64,000 bases of DNA from Saccostrea cucullata. Its lineage: Eukaryota. The notes below the pieces were generated by a model. The model was given only the letters and a program-made list of their open reading frames with translations, was not told the DNA's origin and made no database searches. The stretch spans positions 186,001 to 250,000 of the forward strand of contig NW_026926947.1 in assembly GCF_032062105.1 (NCBI RefSeq). The letters run 5' to 3'. Every line of letters starts with the position of its first letter. Within the stretch, counting starts at the first letter, position 1. Below are positions 63,263 through 64,000 of the stretch, piece after piece. Position numbers and translations under genes: made by a program.

Positions 63263-64000
63263 GTAGGCGGCGCAATGTGTTGATTCAATTAAAATCTGCA
63301 TAGCAGGTTCTTTACTGAAAATCTTTAAATTATTTTAAAAAAATCACAAAAAGAAAAGAAAAATGTATATCAAAATGCAGTTTTGCACACGGAATATTTA
63401 TAAATATACATTAAAGACAATGTATGTAGAGGCACCTTGTACATAGAAATAAATCAACTTGTGAATGGGGATAGCTCTAAAACCAAACTTGTGACAAGAA
63501 TTATTACCCGAGAGCTTGCCCGAGGACATTACGCAGGCGCGGATCCAGAAATTTTTTCAAGGGGGGGGGGGCGGTAACCCCAGTCAAACAAAAAATTCCA
63601 ACCCAAAATTTCTCTGACAAGAATAAAAAGTTCCTAACGTGAAAAGACTATTTCGTAGGGGAGGGGGGTTAGTGGATGACTTTCAAAGCTTTATATTAAT
63701 ACTTATGAATTTTCATACCAATATCACATAGATCCGTATTTTCGAAGAGGGGTCAACGTTTTCTATGGGGGGGGGGGTTGTTTCCAAGGTCACTTTGACA
63801 TGGGGATGATAAAAACAATATTTCACGAGGCTCTTTAGAAAAAAAAAAATAGCAGTTCAATTCGTCATATTTTAAAAAGAGAGAAAAGTACACAGAGGTA
63901 TTATATCAATAGTTAAGTTTAGGAACTCAAATCCATTTGCTTCTCATGGGCCAAAGAGAATAAAAGAGCAAGTTAGTTTTTGAAATTTGATATGTATATG

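Overview
AT-rich eukaryotic genomic DNA. The repeat families (Helentron/HINE-type elements carrying about 160-bp satellite units, Penelope-like RT, tRNA-derived SINEs) point to a bivalve, most likely an oyster (Ostreidae); this is inference. Five genes are supported by hand-checked reading frames and GT-AG splice sites. (1) An intronless HAD-IIA phosphatase, PGP/PDXP-like, with a mitochondrial-presequence-like N-terminus (1190-2215 +). (2) An intronless SPTLC1 (4178-5614 -). (3) An 11-exon CDC37 (5895-15225 +), head-to-head with SPTLC1. (4) A 4-exon RERG/RERGL-like small GTPase (33939-38567 +). (5) The first three exons of phenylalanine hydroxylase (60438-63262 +; the gene continues beyond the window). 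Most other short ORFs in the track look spurious. Introns and intergenic DNA contain many, often nested, transposons; TIRs and TSDs can be read directly for several (Tc1/mariner, hAT, PIF/Harbinger, Mutator-like, Helentron/HINE, Penelope-like, RTE, SINE). No complete novel system is proven. The strongest leads are: a 2.2-kb element whose long hairpin is completed only when its two ends are joined into a circle (30006-32233); four diverged copies of an unexplained exon/intron-like block (40.3-44.3 kb); the intronless SPTLC1 sharing a promoter with CDC37; and a collapsed RTE plus duplication that may be an assembly artefact.
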